Origin: Dicyema japonicum | Lineage: Eukaryota; Animalia; Dicyemida | Direction: 5' to 3' | NCBI GenBank assembly: GCA_011109175.1 | Contig: RDEW01000021.1 | Location: 259,080-323,079 of the forward strand | DNA: 64,000 nt | Shown here: in pieces, positions 51,886-63,695 of the stretch | Layout of the letters: the number at the start of each line of letters is the position of its first letter | Numbering within the stretch: position 1 is the stretch's first letter | Program-made: the position numbers and the translations under genes | The notes under the pieces: generated by a model | What the model saw: the letters and a program-made list of their open reading frames with translations, nothing else | The model's database searches: none | Told to the model about the DNA's origin: nothing

Positions 51886-52839
51886 CAACAAAAAGAAAAA
51901 AGAAGTGAGGAGCATTCCTTGGTTCTTCCTGGTCGATTAATTATCATAACTATTTTTTACTTAAATAAAGTGTGTGTCCTGTCTGGGAGGAGCTAGCTAA
52001 CATGGCTCTTCGCAAAGTAAGTATTGAAAATAAAGAAAAAGGAAACCTGGACAAGGATCGGATGCCTTGAGGAAATATAGGATTCTTAATAGTATCTTCA
52101 GTCTTGAGGAGATATCACAGGGTTTCCATTTGCATGACTAATTGATTTTCCCCATGACGTTTGTTCCTCTTGCTGGGCAAACGACCGGAGCCCTTGACAT
52201 TTGTACCACACCTTTTTCAAACATGTCGGAAGTTTAATCTCGACTCAGTCCTGTGATTTCCTGATGGTTATCAAGCGTATCTCCCTCACAGTCCTTAGGG
52301 CGAAATAGCCATGCAGTCAGGGCCGCATCTATATAACACAGATTTTCAGTACGTCAGGGAAGGGTCATCATAGCAGTCCCATGTTTAAGAGATTCAAGAG
52401 ATAACTAAAATTATTTTTGTCCTTTAACAAGTCTAGACTAGCCAAGATATGCAAGAGATTCGATACTCATATTACCCATAGCCAAATCACCATGAGTCAC
52501 AACCAATAAGTCAGTTCTATTAGCATGACTGAGTGTTTAATCAAAAATAGAGATTCGGTCATTCGCACTGAAATTTGAAATTTTACAAAAGCCGAATTCC
52601 TTCAATTTGTTACGATTTGGTGAGAATTATTCAAATCTTTTGGAGGTCCACGTCGAGGATTATCGGGAGGATAGTCGTTCAGAGAATCGAAAAGCGTTAG
52701 AAACAAAATCAATCATTGGCACGTTAGCTGGAACCTCCAGGTCTATTCTCAGGACGTTTCCAAAGAGCCTCCATCTATCTTACATGATTTCGATAGATTT
52801 ATGGGAAACATCTCATCATCTTATCAAGATAAAAGGTAT

Positions 52840-53040
52840 AGACGTTAATACTTGCAGTTGTGGAAACCCTTCCGGTGTCGTGGGGGAGAGCAAATGATCC
52901 TTTTTCGCACTGGGCGCCACCTGGACAGGTGGATCACATGACGCCACTCTAATAGAAAGAGAGAAGAGAAACAGACAAACAAGCATAAAACTTAAACCAA
53001 TTAGCTATGCATCAGCACATGGCGCCACGCGGCATATTAC
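52840..53040 (+). repeat. Conserved non-LTR 3' end/SINE-like repeat family
   Basis: CAGTTGTGGAAACCC...GGGGGAGAGCAAATGATCC...AGGTGGATCACATGACGCCA...ACATGGCGCCACGC then A-rich tail; related copies at 21490-21640 (-), ~42900 (-), 46290-46340, 54250-54400, 54610-54830, 62915-63060. Confidence 0.8.
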
Positions 53041-53131
53041 TAAAAAGGTAAAAAATAATTAATTTCATTTATTAAAAATAAATAATTGAATCTATTAAAT
53101 TTCTAATAAAATTATTTGTAATTTAAATAAA

Positions 53132-53604
53132 ATGCAGTCTGTTAACACAGAAAATGCCCCGATGCCAATTGGTCCGTACAGTCAAGCCGTTAAGGCTGGA
53201 GATTTTTTATTCTTGTCAGGGCAGCTTGGGATGGACCCTAAGACAGGAAATTTAGTTGGGGACGATGTAGATTCCCAACTTAATCAAGTTATTTTTTGAT
53301 GAATTTGAAGATCATGCTAAACATCACATCAATCCTTGAGACTGCAGGTCTCACCTTTTCCAACGGTTTGTGTTGAATTTATCTCAAGTCGTTAAAACGT
53401 CGATTTTTCTTACAGATTTGCCTAACGATTACTCGACGATCAACCTAATTTACGGAAAATGTAATAAAATATTTAATCTGAAGATTTTTCTGGTTATGCT
53501 CCTGCCAGATCAGCAATTGGAGTCGCCTGTCTTCCAAAAGTTGGTTGTTGTATTTATCGTAGAACGCTAAGGTTGAGATTGAGCTTGTTGCTTTCTGCGG
53601 TTAA
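53132..53604 (+). CDS. RIDA: RidA/YjgF/UK114 enamine deaminase (126 aa)
   Basis: [42 protein letters not shown]|NAKVEIE; four 23-nt introns (53288-53310, 53366-53388, 53461-53483, 53540-53562) give an intact frame. Confidence 0.96.
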
Positions 53605-56399
53605 TTTTGATAGTTGACATTTTTGGTTTAATGGAATTCCCTCGGTTTGATAGGAAAACGATTATTTTTAATAACTCCTGTGATGCGGTATTTATGGGAG
53701 TTGGTTTCTATTTGAGTAGGATTTGTTGGGGAAATTTCTTAGGTTAAAGTGACAATCATGGGGTTTTAAAAACCCCCAAACAGATCATCTGTATTCTCCC
53801 GATGTTCCGTATGATCTTCGCAGTGGAGAGGTCTCACCGATGACGGACAAAATTCGGAAGCTTTCTGGTTGGAATCTCACTTCTGTCTATTCCGGCTGAA
53901 GGTTCCTTGGATTTGCAATGCTTTCTGGGTTGACGAGTGAAACCGTGATCACGGATATCTCGCTGCGGAATGTGATTATCTACAGACTCTCACGTGACCA
54001 AAAAAGATTTAACATTACTTGACCCTTCCTTCAACTAAATATCGCAACTGGCTTTCCTAAGTGGAGGAAACAAATCACCAGCTCTGCCATCATCCAGTAA
54101 AGAATTATTGCTTAGATTGGTTATCTAATCGCAGAATTATCTGATATCGACAACATAAGATATCAAATCGATATTAAAGGGTGAACCTGCTAATCACTCA
54201 GTCACTAGACTTTTGATATCACCAAGTCCATCCAAAAGGATGTAAAATCCAGTCTTCTCAGCTGTGAAAATCCCTCCAGTGGAATGGGGGATAAATGATT
54301 CTTTTTTATGTCTCATGAGACAGGTGGTTCACATGATCACACATTAATCGAACAAAGAAAGGGACAGAGTAGGGGAAAAGATTATTTATCCGACCAGAAA
54401 CAACCTTGGTGGTCAATGGTCTAGTACAGGGGTCGGCAACCGTGGCTCTTTGAGTTTTTTATGTGGCTCTTTCAATTATCGAAAAAGATTACTTACATCT
54501 CCAACAAATTTATTAACCCCGGATACACCGAGAAAGAAGTTAAAGTGAATAACTAATTAGGTGTATCCAGTTTCCACTTCTACAGAAACAGAATCAATAC
54601 AAAGGGTAAAAGACGTCCATACTTGCAGTTGTGGAAACCCCTTCAGTGGAGTGGGGGAGAGCAAATGATCCTTTTTTCGCGCTGGTCTGGCACTGAGCGC
54701 CACCTAGCCAGGTGGATCACATGACGCCAGTCTAGTAGGAAGGGAAATGGGATAAGCAAACAAAACAAGCAGAAAATTTCTACCTATTAGCCAAGTAGCA
54801 CCACATGGGCCAAGCAGCAAATAAAAAACGTTTTTATGTATTTTTATACTATATAAATAATATTCAAATGCTATTTTATATTAATTTGTTATTTTTATTT
54901 AAATTATTCGCTTCGCTTCCTAAAGAAACTTGGACGCTTAGCTACACTAAAAAGCCACGACGCACGTGAGACCCGGTGGCTACTCCAGTTGATCTCTGTT
55001 GCAATTGTGAGAGGCAACGCAACGTCGATAATGTTGGCGGGGTCCACTTTGCAGTTTTGCCATGAAACATTCAACCAGAACAAAAAGTCTGAAGAGACAA
55101 TTTAATTCAAAGCATGATGATTTTTCAAGAAAATATTAAATTGGCGATGCACGAAAACTAGCTGCGGAAGAACTCCAAAAAATATTAAAATTGAAAGTTC
55201 TACATTATTGGAAGCAGTCTGTCAGGACTACTAATATTGGTATCTTTATCGTCGATCATGAGATTGCAAAAATTTGGAAACCATTCACAATGGTGAATAC
55301 ATCAAATCTTGTTTTCTAAAATTGTCACAACAACTATTCCAAAATTTTACTAATAAAACCGAAATTTTAAGCCAAATTAAAAATACAGCGTATGAATTTG
55401 ATCAAATTAAATTAAGTAGTCAAATTACTGATGCAAATTTAGAATCCTGTCTTAAGTCAAAAATGACAAGTTACGACTCAGACATAACACTTTGATCAGG
55501 GGTGTCATCATGCGGACCTAGACAAGCATAAGTGCGGCCCAATTTAATGGCTATGAAACACAAAAAAATCATTTTTCTATTTTTTACATTTAATTTAATT
55601 TTTTAATAGTACAGTAAAGTACCTTAAATTGGCCCAAAATTGTTCCTTAACTATTTTTGGCCAATTTGGGAATTTAAAAAAAATTATTTAAAAAACCATT
55701 AAAGTAAAATATTATTTTTATAAAAATAATCAGTTTATAAGCCCTGTCTCGTTCATATTGTAAATTTCGCCCGAAGTGATCTCAAATCCTTTAGGTCAGG
55801 TTGTTTGTCAGTTATCACTTCCCCATTCGAAAACCATGTATTTTTGGAATCTTGTAAAAAATCCTTTAGAATTCTTGAAATCACTAATTGATAATTTTCA
55901 TCAATATTTTGTGCTTTATTTGATATTACCGTCTCATTTAAAATAGCATCTAACATAAATTAAATTCTCTTAGATTCAATCAAATCCACGCATTTAACAA
56001 GTTTGTTTAGGAAATTTTAACGAATTGTATGTCTTTGTTCAGGGAATATAATTTTTAGACGTTTTTAATATGGACTTTTGGGGATTAAGAATATAATTCA
56101 CTGTTTTTCTTGAAATTCGAATATTAAATAAATCAGAAAATCTGTGAGCGTTGTTTGGCACTACAGTCTAACCTCTATTTGGAACGGACCTTGAGGGTGG
56201 AACACCTCTGTTTTTGATACACCCTCGGGATTTGGGACACTTCGAAAATTTTATTAGAAAATTAATAAAATCCTTACAAAAAAACCTCGTTTTGGAACAC
56301 ATATAATTAATTTAATTTAAAATTAAATTTTACAGACAGATTTATTAAATGGATAGAAAAAAATGTAATAAACATTTTTATCACAAAATCGGAAAATTA

Positions 56400-56990
56400 T
56401 GCCATTGGTCAATGCGGCATGTGACAGAACGTCGTGTACTTTTCTCCACGGCCCTCCAATTGTGGCGTCATCGAGATACCAAAGGTTTAGTTGTGTGTTT
56501 ATAGAGCGGACAATTTCATCGATGGCCAGAGCGAAGAGTAGTGGACCAAGTGGGTCCCCTTGTTGAACTCCGGTCTCCGAACAGATAATCTTGTCCCCGA
56601 AAACCAGTGAAGAATTGGTTCCGTAAGCGAGGAAGACAAGTGGAATAAGTTCCGGGGCTCGTTTGCTTGTAGTTTCGAAAATTTGATCCCTCCTCAATGA
56701 ATTGAAGGCATTGCAGATGTCCAGCTTGACCCCAATGTGTGGGTTTTGTTCGTCTTTCTGTCCAAAAAAAACACCTCGAAGCATGCACTGCCGCCTTGCA
56801 TCCGTTCCTTACACCAACCCCCAGTTGGAGGGGGGAAATTCTTCAGATATTCTCGGACAGACAATGCTGCATGCGATTTTCGCTGTCAATCTTCTGAAAT
56901 AGTTGCCGACTGCGATGGGCGGACCCCACCTTCAGGTTTTTGGAAAACCAATAAATGTGCACTGAAAAGGAGCTCCCTTGCGTGGGGAAA
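56400..56990 (-). mobile_element. CRE-like reverse transcriptase fragment
   Basis: KLDICNAFNSLRRD, GVQQGDPLGPLLFALAI, NLWYLDDATIGG. Confidence 0.85.
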
Positions 56991-57134
56991 ATGATATATT
57001 AATTATAAAATGAATACCACTTTTAAAAATGTGTAATATCATTTATTTAAATATTTTGGTGTTTACTATTGATGAATAATGAACGTCAAATGCTTGTGAA
57101 CATAAATTAATATTTTATATATGTATATTTAAAA

Positions 57135-57530
57135 TACCGGATGGGTTAACTATCTTTCCGTTCATTGAGGGAAAATCGCTCGTATGGGACTGCACTGTTG
57201 TGGATTCTTTCTCGAACTCGATGATACTCAGCTCGGCGCAGTCTGCTGGATCGGCAGCCGATCTGGCCGAGAAAATCAAAATTAAAAAATATGGTGAAAT
57301 TGGAGACCGCTACCGTTTTGTACCGGTAGCAATCGAGATGTCTGGTGCGGCTGGAAGTATTACTGCCTTTTTCCTAAAGGAAATCGGGGAAAATTGGCCC
57401 ACCGTAAGAAAGACGGGAAGCGGTCTGGCTGAAACAAAGAATTGGTATCGCAGTTGTCCGCGGAAACGCTTACTCCGTGATGTCAGCAGCCGTTCTGTTT
57501 CATAGTTAATAAATAATATTTTATTGTTAA
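57135..57530 (+). mobile_element. CRE-like REL endonuclease 3' fragment
   Basis: PDGLTIFPFIEGKSLVWDCTVVD..AEKIKIKKY..FVPVAIEMSG..QRIGIAVVRGN. Confidence 0.85.
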
Positions 57531-57652
57531 TAAATTTTTAATTTAAAAAAATAAACATATTTAAAATTATTTAAAATGAATAAATTACACGTTTTACAAT
57601 AGTTAGCATTTTACAATAGTCTCGTGGTTGAGATAGTGACGTGGCTCTTTAA

Positions 57653-60599
57653 ATGCAGTCTGAAAAATACAAGATTCAATGGGATGGCCTCAACCTACTA
57701 TCGTTTAATGTCAGGGGGATCTCGAAGACATGGATGAGGAAAACACTGTGCGATGATTTAGACAAGTACCGCGTCTCTATCGGATGTCTGCAAGAAACGA
57801 AGGTCTCTGATGGATGCTGTGAACACTATGGAACCTATAAACTTATTCTCTTCCCTAGTGAGTCTAAACATTACGGACAAGGTTTCGCAGTCCATGAACA
57901 TCTTGTACCATGGATACATCAATTTTGGAAAGTCAACGACAGGATTAGTGTTCTGCAAATTAGGATGAATGACATGTGCCCTTCCAAAAGCTACATGACA
58001 GTCATTAACGTGTATGCTCCACATAGTGGCAGATTTTTGAAAAATCCTGAGGAACTGGATGACTTCTACTGTCAACTATTGAGGACGTACTCGGAATACG
58101 AATCTTCGTCGTTGATATTTATTGCCGGGGACTTTAACGCTAAAGTTGGGATGCGACGCAGTGGAGAGGAATCGTTCATCGGCAGGCATGGACGGGGGTG
58201 GAGAAACACCCCGGGAACACTACTGGCCAATTTCTGTCAAGCGAATGATCTTTTCATAGGAAACACTGCCTTTATGCACCCAGCTCGCCACAGGAGCACA
58301 TGGACTGGCCATAGAACGAACTCGGAAAACAAAAGTGTCAATATTTATAATCAAATTGATTACATCATTTGTCGGACCAAGGACAAACACCTACTGAATG
58401 ATGCCCGTTCTTATGGAGGGTCGATGATAAATAGTGACCATAAAATGGTTATTGGCAAGTTCTCCTTGAAGAAATACTACATTGGAGGAAGAACCTGAGT
58501 CTAAGCAAAACGCTACCACCTTACCATACCCATGTATATATGACTGAGAAGCTCTGGTCTCAGCCGCTGCTGGTGACAAACTACCAAAAACATATAGAGA
58601 ACCACCTATATACATTACCAGCTAATATGACTATACAAGACCTATGGGATCAGACCAAAAGCATTATTTGCCTTGCCGCAAACACCCACCTTGGAGTGAG
58701 ACGGCAGACAACCGGAAATATGTCACTTGGCCATCCAGACTCCTTATTACTGGCAAAACAACAACGAGAAATATGGATACAGAGTCTAAACACGACGGAT
58801 ATACATATCAAAAACAAACTACGAACTGAACGAAATATTATCAAGAGAAGAATCATGAAGCTTAATAATGAACACTCGAAGGATGTCTTCCTATCACATC
58901 TTAGAGAGCTGGAGCAACTAAAGGACAATGCACAAATGTTCGCTGCAGTCCGACTAATGCGAGGAAAGAAAAAAGCGACAGTACATGTTATGGATGGGAA
59001 GGGGAAACTTATCTTAAAACCAGACGAACAGATCGAATTGATTGCTGCCCATTTTGAAAAACTGTTCAATGCGAACGGCCAAGAACTGGCCCCTTTCATC
59101 GGAGAACCGCGGATGCTGGAAACAATTATCACATCTAAGGAAGTTCAGAGTGCGTGCAGTAAGCTAAAGAATCACAGGAGCGCTGGACCAGACAACATCC
59201 CTCCCGAACTGCTGAAATATGGACCTATGCGTCTATTCGAAACCATTGCGACATTGTTAAATGGAATGTTTACATCCAACTCTGTCCTACCACTGGGGAA
59301 AGGGACATTGATACCTATACAAAAGCCTAACAAACCAAAGGGACCACTAGAAAGCCTACGCCCAGTCATATTGTTAAACACATTACGAAAAGTTCTTGCA
59401 TCTGTTGCTTTGGACCGCTTAAAACATCCTGCAGGAAATTACCTATCAGCATGCCATAGTGGATTTCGTGAAGGAAGGTCGACAGCGGACATTCTGTGGA
59501 GCCACAGGTGGCGGTGTGCAACGGCTCAAAGATACAAAAATGCCACGACCATCCTGGGGATCGATATGTCAAGAGCTTTCGACACCATTAGCCGACACAA
59601 GCTAATGGTTGTCCTTCATCAATTTGTGGACCAATCATTGCTACGGATAATCAGAGTACTTCTCTCAAGTACTGAACTGTCAGTCCGAATTGGGAGAACT
59701 CTATCCCGACCATTCAAAACTACAATCGGCACTCCTCAGGGAGACTCCCTCTCCCCCTTACTATTTGTGATATATCTCGAAGCTGCACTAAAGGATCTAA
59801 GAACTTGCTATGAAGGAAAAATAAACGAAGTCGTATACGCGGATGATGTGGATTTTATATCCGAGGATACAGAAGCTCTCACACATCTGCTGGAAAATGC
59901 ACCGGACAAACTGGGGAATGGTTCCTCATCGTTAACCGGGCCAAAACGGAAATCAAAAGAATGGACAACATCCTTAATGAACGTTGGCGACATGTTAATA
60001 AGCTTGGATCCCTACTGGGGGACACAGAAGACATCATCAAAAGGAAAACACTTGCAGGAGTAGCAATGCGAAAACTCAAAAAGGGATGGCTGAAAGGACT
60101 AGATGTCAATCTGCGGATACGCATGTACAATGCATTTGTGAAACCGATACTGACATACAATGCTGGTACTTGGGCCTGTACAGGTGCGGAATCAATGGCT
60201 CTCGATGGGTTCCACAGAAAACAGCTTAGAGTATTATTTGGCATGCAGTGGCCAGCCAGAATCTCGAATACCGGTATTTACAAAAAATGCAAGAGTAGGC
60301 CTCTAAGCCTGGAAATCACTGACGCCCGGTGGAGACTGTTTGGTCACGTACTACGCATGGATCTTGCTGCCCCGGCTAATGTGGCGATGGAGGACCATTT
60401 CATGTTCGAGGGCAAATGCTTCCGTGGCAGACCAAGGATGACCCTACCTATCATGCTGCACAAAGACCTCCAAAGGATGAAGAAATGCCTAAAGACGGGA
60501 GACGATCTGGACATGCTGAGATCGACTGCGTGTAACCGTGGAGGATGGAAGAGGCTAACTAATAACATTGTTTCTTGTATTGCACATGCTTTGCTATAA
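57653..60599 (+). mobile_element. Near-intact RTE-like LINE, single APE+RT ORF with two 1-nt frameshifts
   Basis: APE motifs SFNVRG, LQET, NVYAP, GDFNAKVG, QIDYI, SDH; RT motifs AGPDNIPPELLK, GTPQGDSLSPLLF, YADD; RTE-type end RWRLFGHVLR..RGRP. Confidence 0.92.
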
Positions 60600-62389
60600 C
60601 TATTATGGCAAGGCGATAAGTGCTGTAATAGCATTGTAAAAATCGAAAACGCCTATTATTTTTTTAAAAGAAGGAAATCATAGAATTTTTACATAATCAT
60701 AACTCAAGTTTGGCTTTAAATATCAGAATTGACAATTACAAATTGTTTAAAGAAAGCTTTTGAAAATGCGTTAATACAGAATTTGACAGAAATAAAAGAA
60801 AAGGATGATGAAAATTTTCTGATTCATGAAAATAATAAAATTAATGATGAAAACTTAATACATAACTTTTCGAGAACACTAAAACAGCATGACGAAGTTG
60901 AACAGAAAGATGAACAAAATCATGTTCCGACACTATATGAAGTTAATGAATACACCCATGCGCTCGATTTATGATTTCTAGAGAATGATTATTAAAGAAG
61001 AGGAAAAGTTTACGAAATACAAAAAATTAAAAAAATTATCAAACTAATCATTCACAAAAAATATCCGATTACATGAGAAAAGCATCTAATTTATTTTTGT
61101 AATTACTTTATTATTGTTGATTGTTATTTTGATTCCTTGTTCTATTTTTTGTTCACTATTAAAGATTAGTGAACATCGTTTTTTTACGTGGACATTTTGT
61201 TCACCACAGAGAGGGTTGACTTTCAGAATTTCGAGTTTTTGGAAACAATTAAGCCTTGTATAATTGCAACGAGAAGCTTCCGAACACATGGTAAAATTTT
61301 TAGTTTGAAATTTTTTATTTTTTTAATAAAATAATTAAAAAAGATTAGTAAAAATAAATTTTATTTTTTTAATAATGAGTGGACAATTTGAGAATTGGCC
61401 AATTTCTTAGGAAAATTGGCTTTTTTGAACCCTTGACGTGAACTTTTAGCCATAAATTGGCACGTCTTGGAAACCGGATCACCTCATGCACTGGAGATCT
61501 CCGCGAACGCCGCTGGCTATTTGAGCGAATTTCGCTCGCAATTTTGAGAGGGAACAGCCACGCGGTGAGGGCGGCAACTACCTGACTTCTATTGTTTAAA
61601 TTTATAAAGCCAAAATAAAACTTAAAAAAAAAATTGGGCAATTAGAGGGAATTCACTGTATTTGTAAATCTTGTTTGTCAATTCACGTAAGAAACGGTGT
61701 TTGAACGACATACGGAGATTGATTCAAGATAAATGGGAACTTGTCTATTTTTGTACATCGGTCGATAAAAAATACATCGTTTGATATGTAGCCAGTTTAT
61801 CGCTATTCTAAAGAATACAACCTAAAAAGGCATTACCAATCTAATCATCGATCGTACAATGTTTCGTAGGTTTTAAATCGCTTATTAGCCAAAAAGTTCA
61901 AATGCGTTTTTAAGCTAACTGCGTTGCAGACTCAATTTTCAAAAAATCACAATCAACTACTGCATCAGTTACTGCAAGATATGAAATTTGCAGAATGCTT
62001 GCAATGTTGGAAAATCATATTACGATGGTAATCTCATCAAGCTATATCATGTAGAAACAGCAGAAATTATTTTTGCAGACAACGCCCACTTGTTTAAAGA
62101 TATTCTATCAACCAGAAACACTGTTGCAGAACACATTAATGAAATGTCTTTGAAATACCAATTATAGTCTGAATTGTTAAAATTCTAATATTTTTCAGCT
62201 GCGATCAATGAAACAGTCAACGTTGTCGGAATTGCACAATTAGCAATCTTTGTTAGTGCCTGTGACTCAGATTTTAATATTTATGAAGAAATTCTCGAAC
62301 TGGTACCAATGGAAGATATTACTGCGAGAAAAGATAACTTTACGGGAACCCCCAAATGATGGGAAAAGTTGATGGCTCTTTTCGTTCCT

Positions 62390-62685
62390 TTCCAGGATGG
62401 GTGACATTTTTTCGGGTGAGCAACAAGACACCGCGTTAAACACATGCCCAGAGACTACGTTCCAGAGAATCGATTCAACACACCGGAAAACTATATTTAT
62501 GATGGGCCCTCATTCTGGATCAGTAGTTGATCTCCTACTCGCGGAGGCTACGACCCGTAGTCGCGGAACCGGATTCCTTCGAGTCTGTAAGGAGGACGGA
62601 AACCCCAATAGATTGTCCTTTTCCAACATTCTGACGTTTTTCTGTCATTCTTTATCGGTGATCCCGTGGTTCTAAATAAATAAAT
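62390..62685 (+). mobile_element. LINE 3' fragment with degenerate CCHC finger and TAAA tail
   Basis: GEQQDTA..TCPETTFQR; ends CGGTGATCCCGTGGTTCTAAATAAATAAAT like 33430-33465. Confidence 0.6.
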
Positions 62686-63139
62686 ATATCATTGTAAAAC
62701 TACTACAAATTCTCTGGCTTTTTGGCTTTAAAGGTTGCCGACTCCTGGTCTAGTATATTCAACTGGTTTTCTCTTCCTCAATTCCTTCGTTCAGAGTCTA
62801 GCAAACAACAGACTTCAATAGCATGTATTTTGTCGATCGTCCAATATCGATATCAGTTTTCCGCAGTCGAGTGAGACGCATTCTTTAAAAGCAACAAGTC
62901 CACCCATATCCGCCATTGTGGGAACTCATCCAGTGGAATAGGGAATAGAGGGTTCCTTCTTGTATGTCGGCCAAGAATAAGGCGTCTGCTGATACAGGTG
63001 GATCGTATGACACGTTTGGTAATTGAAGAAGGCAGAGCAGTAGGAAATCCTTAGTTGGAAAATATAAGATTTATTTAAATTTTTTTTGAATTAATAAAAA
63101 CATAAAGAATAATTTATAATATAAAGTATTTGTTAGTCT

Positions 63140-63695
63140 TGTGTCAGCCACACAGCAGGACTTTTGGACATTTAGTCCCATTAGTGCTAAAACATAGGGA
63201 TGTTGAGTCAACCACATATGGCTGTGACTGGACCTTGCCTAGCAAAGGTCTGTCAATGTTAAACTGAGAAAAAGTCCTTGAGGGATAATAGTCCCAACTG
63301 TTGCTGTCATAGAATGTCCCTGAAATAATCATTACTGATACCTGACTGACATTTGTTCAGGGAACCGTTCCTAAAAATCCAGTATTTCACTGCAAGGTAG
63401 ATACAGAGACTCAACCCGAACCCAGAAGGGAGCAAATCATGGCAATATAGAACCCATCAAAATCTTCGGAATGAGGATAAATTTACTGCTTGTCGTGTTT
63501 ATTGACATTTTTTCTCTATTTGGGGGGAGTATGTAAATATTGGTGCTCTCCACACTCCCAGCGAGGTTTGTGGCCATGCAAGAATAGTTAACTGGACTGC
63601 TTTCACTGTTTACATACACTAAAATGGAATTGTTGCTTATTTCTATTATTTTATCCGAATTCGTGACTTTTCTATTATTTTTCTTCCAAAAAATC
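63140..63695 (-). CDS. 3' part of a second Ig-superfamily membrane protein
   Basis: Ig F-strand motif YSCMATNLAGSVES, then a hydrophobic TM-like segment and a cytoplasmic tail across micro-introns; 5' exons not identified. Confidence 0.55.

Larger units (their letters stand above)
56164..61222 (+). mobile_element. Tigger/pogo element B inside element A
   Basis: TA|CAGTCTAACCTCT at 56164, degenerate inverted partner near 61200-61222; transposase C-terminus ISELTITNCLKKA at 60700-61080. Confidence 0.55.
55612..61658 (-). mobile_element. Tigger/pogo element A, split by an inner element
   Basis: TA-flanked CAGT termini at both ends with related AATTG(G)CCCAA; N-terminus RLNCFQKLEIL (61289 down) continues as FSDLFNIRISRKTVNYIL below 56160. 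Confidence 0.7.
55497..62390 (+). mobile_element. Second hAT (GTF2IRD2-like) element inside the first; right end lost
   Basis: Left terminus CAGGGGTGTCA at 55497; transposase resumes after 61660 (QDKWELVYF, KEYNLKRHY, RNTVAEHINEM, IAQLAIFV, IYEEILELVPM). Confidence 0.7.
54427..62747 (+). mobile_element. hAT (Buster/SPIN-like) element expanded by nested insertions
   Basis: 15-bp TIRs CAGG(G/A)GTCGGCAACC; identical 8-bp TSD GTCTAGTA (54419-54426, 62748-62755); deleted transposase 55070-55495 (GEYIKSCF..ITDANLESCLK). Confidence 0.85.

Noticed and set aside
52990-53035. HDV-like ribozyme resemblance (TGGCGCC...GCTAA) on the minus strand
   Set aside because: No P1/P2 5' strands, L3 too short; A-rich tails show it is a plus-strand 3' end.
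53760-53776. Small hairpin GGGGTTTT-A-AAAACCCC downstream of RidA
   Set aside because: Short, low complexity, single occurrence.
53925-53960. Hammerhead-like TTGACGA..GAAA followed by palindrome CCGTGATCACGG
   Set aside because: Core lacks the C of CUGANGA, stem II and the UH site; not conserved in the 51810 copy.
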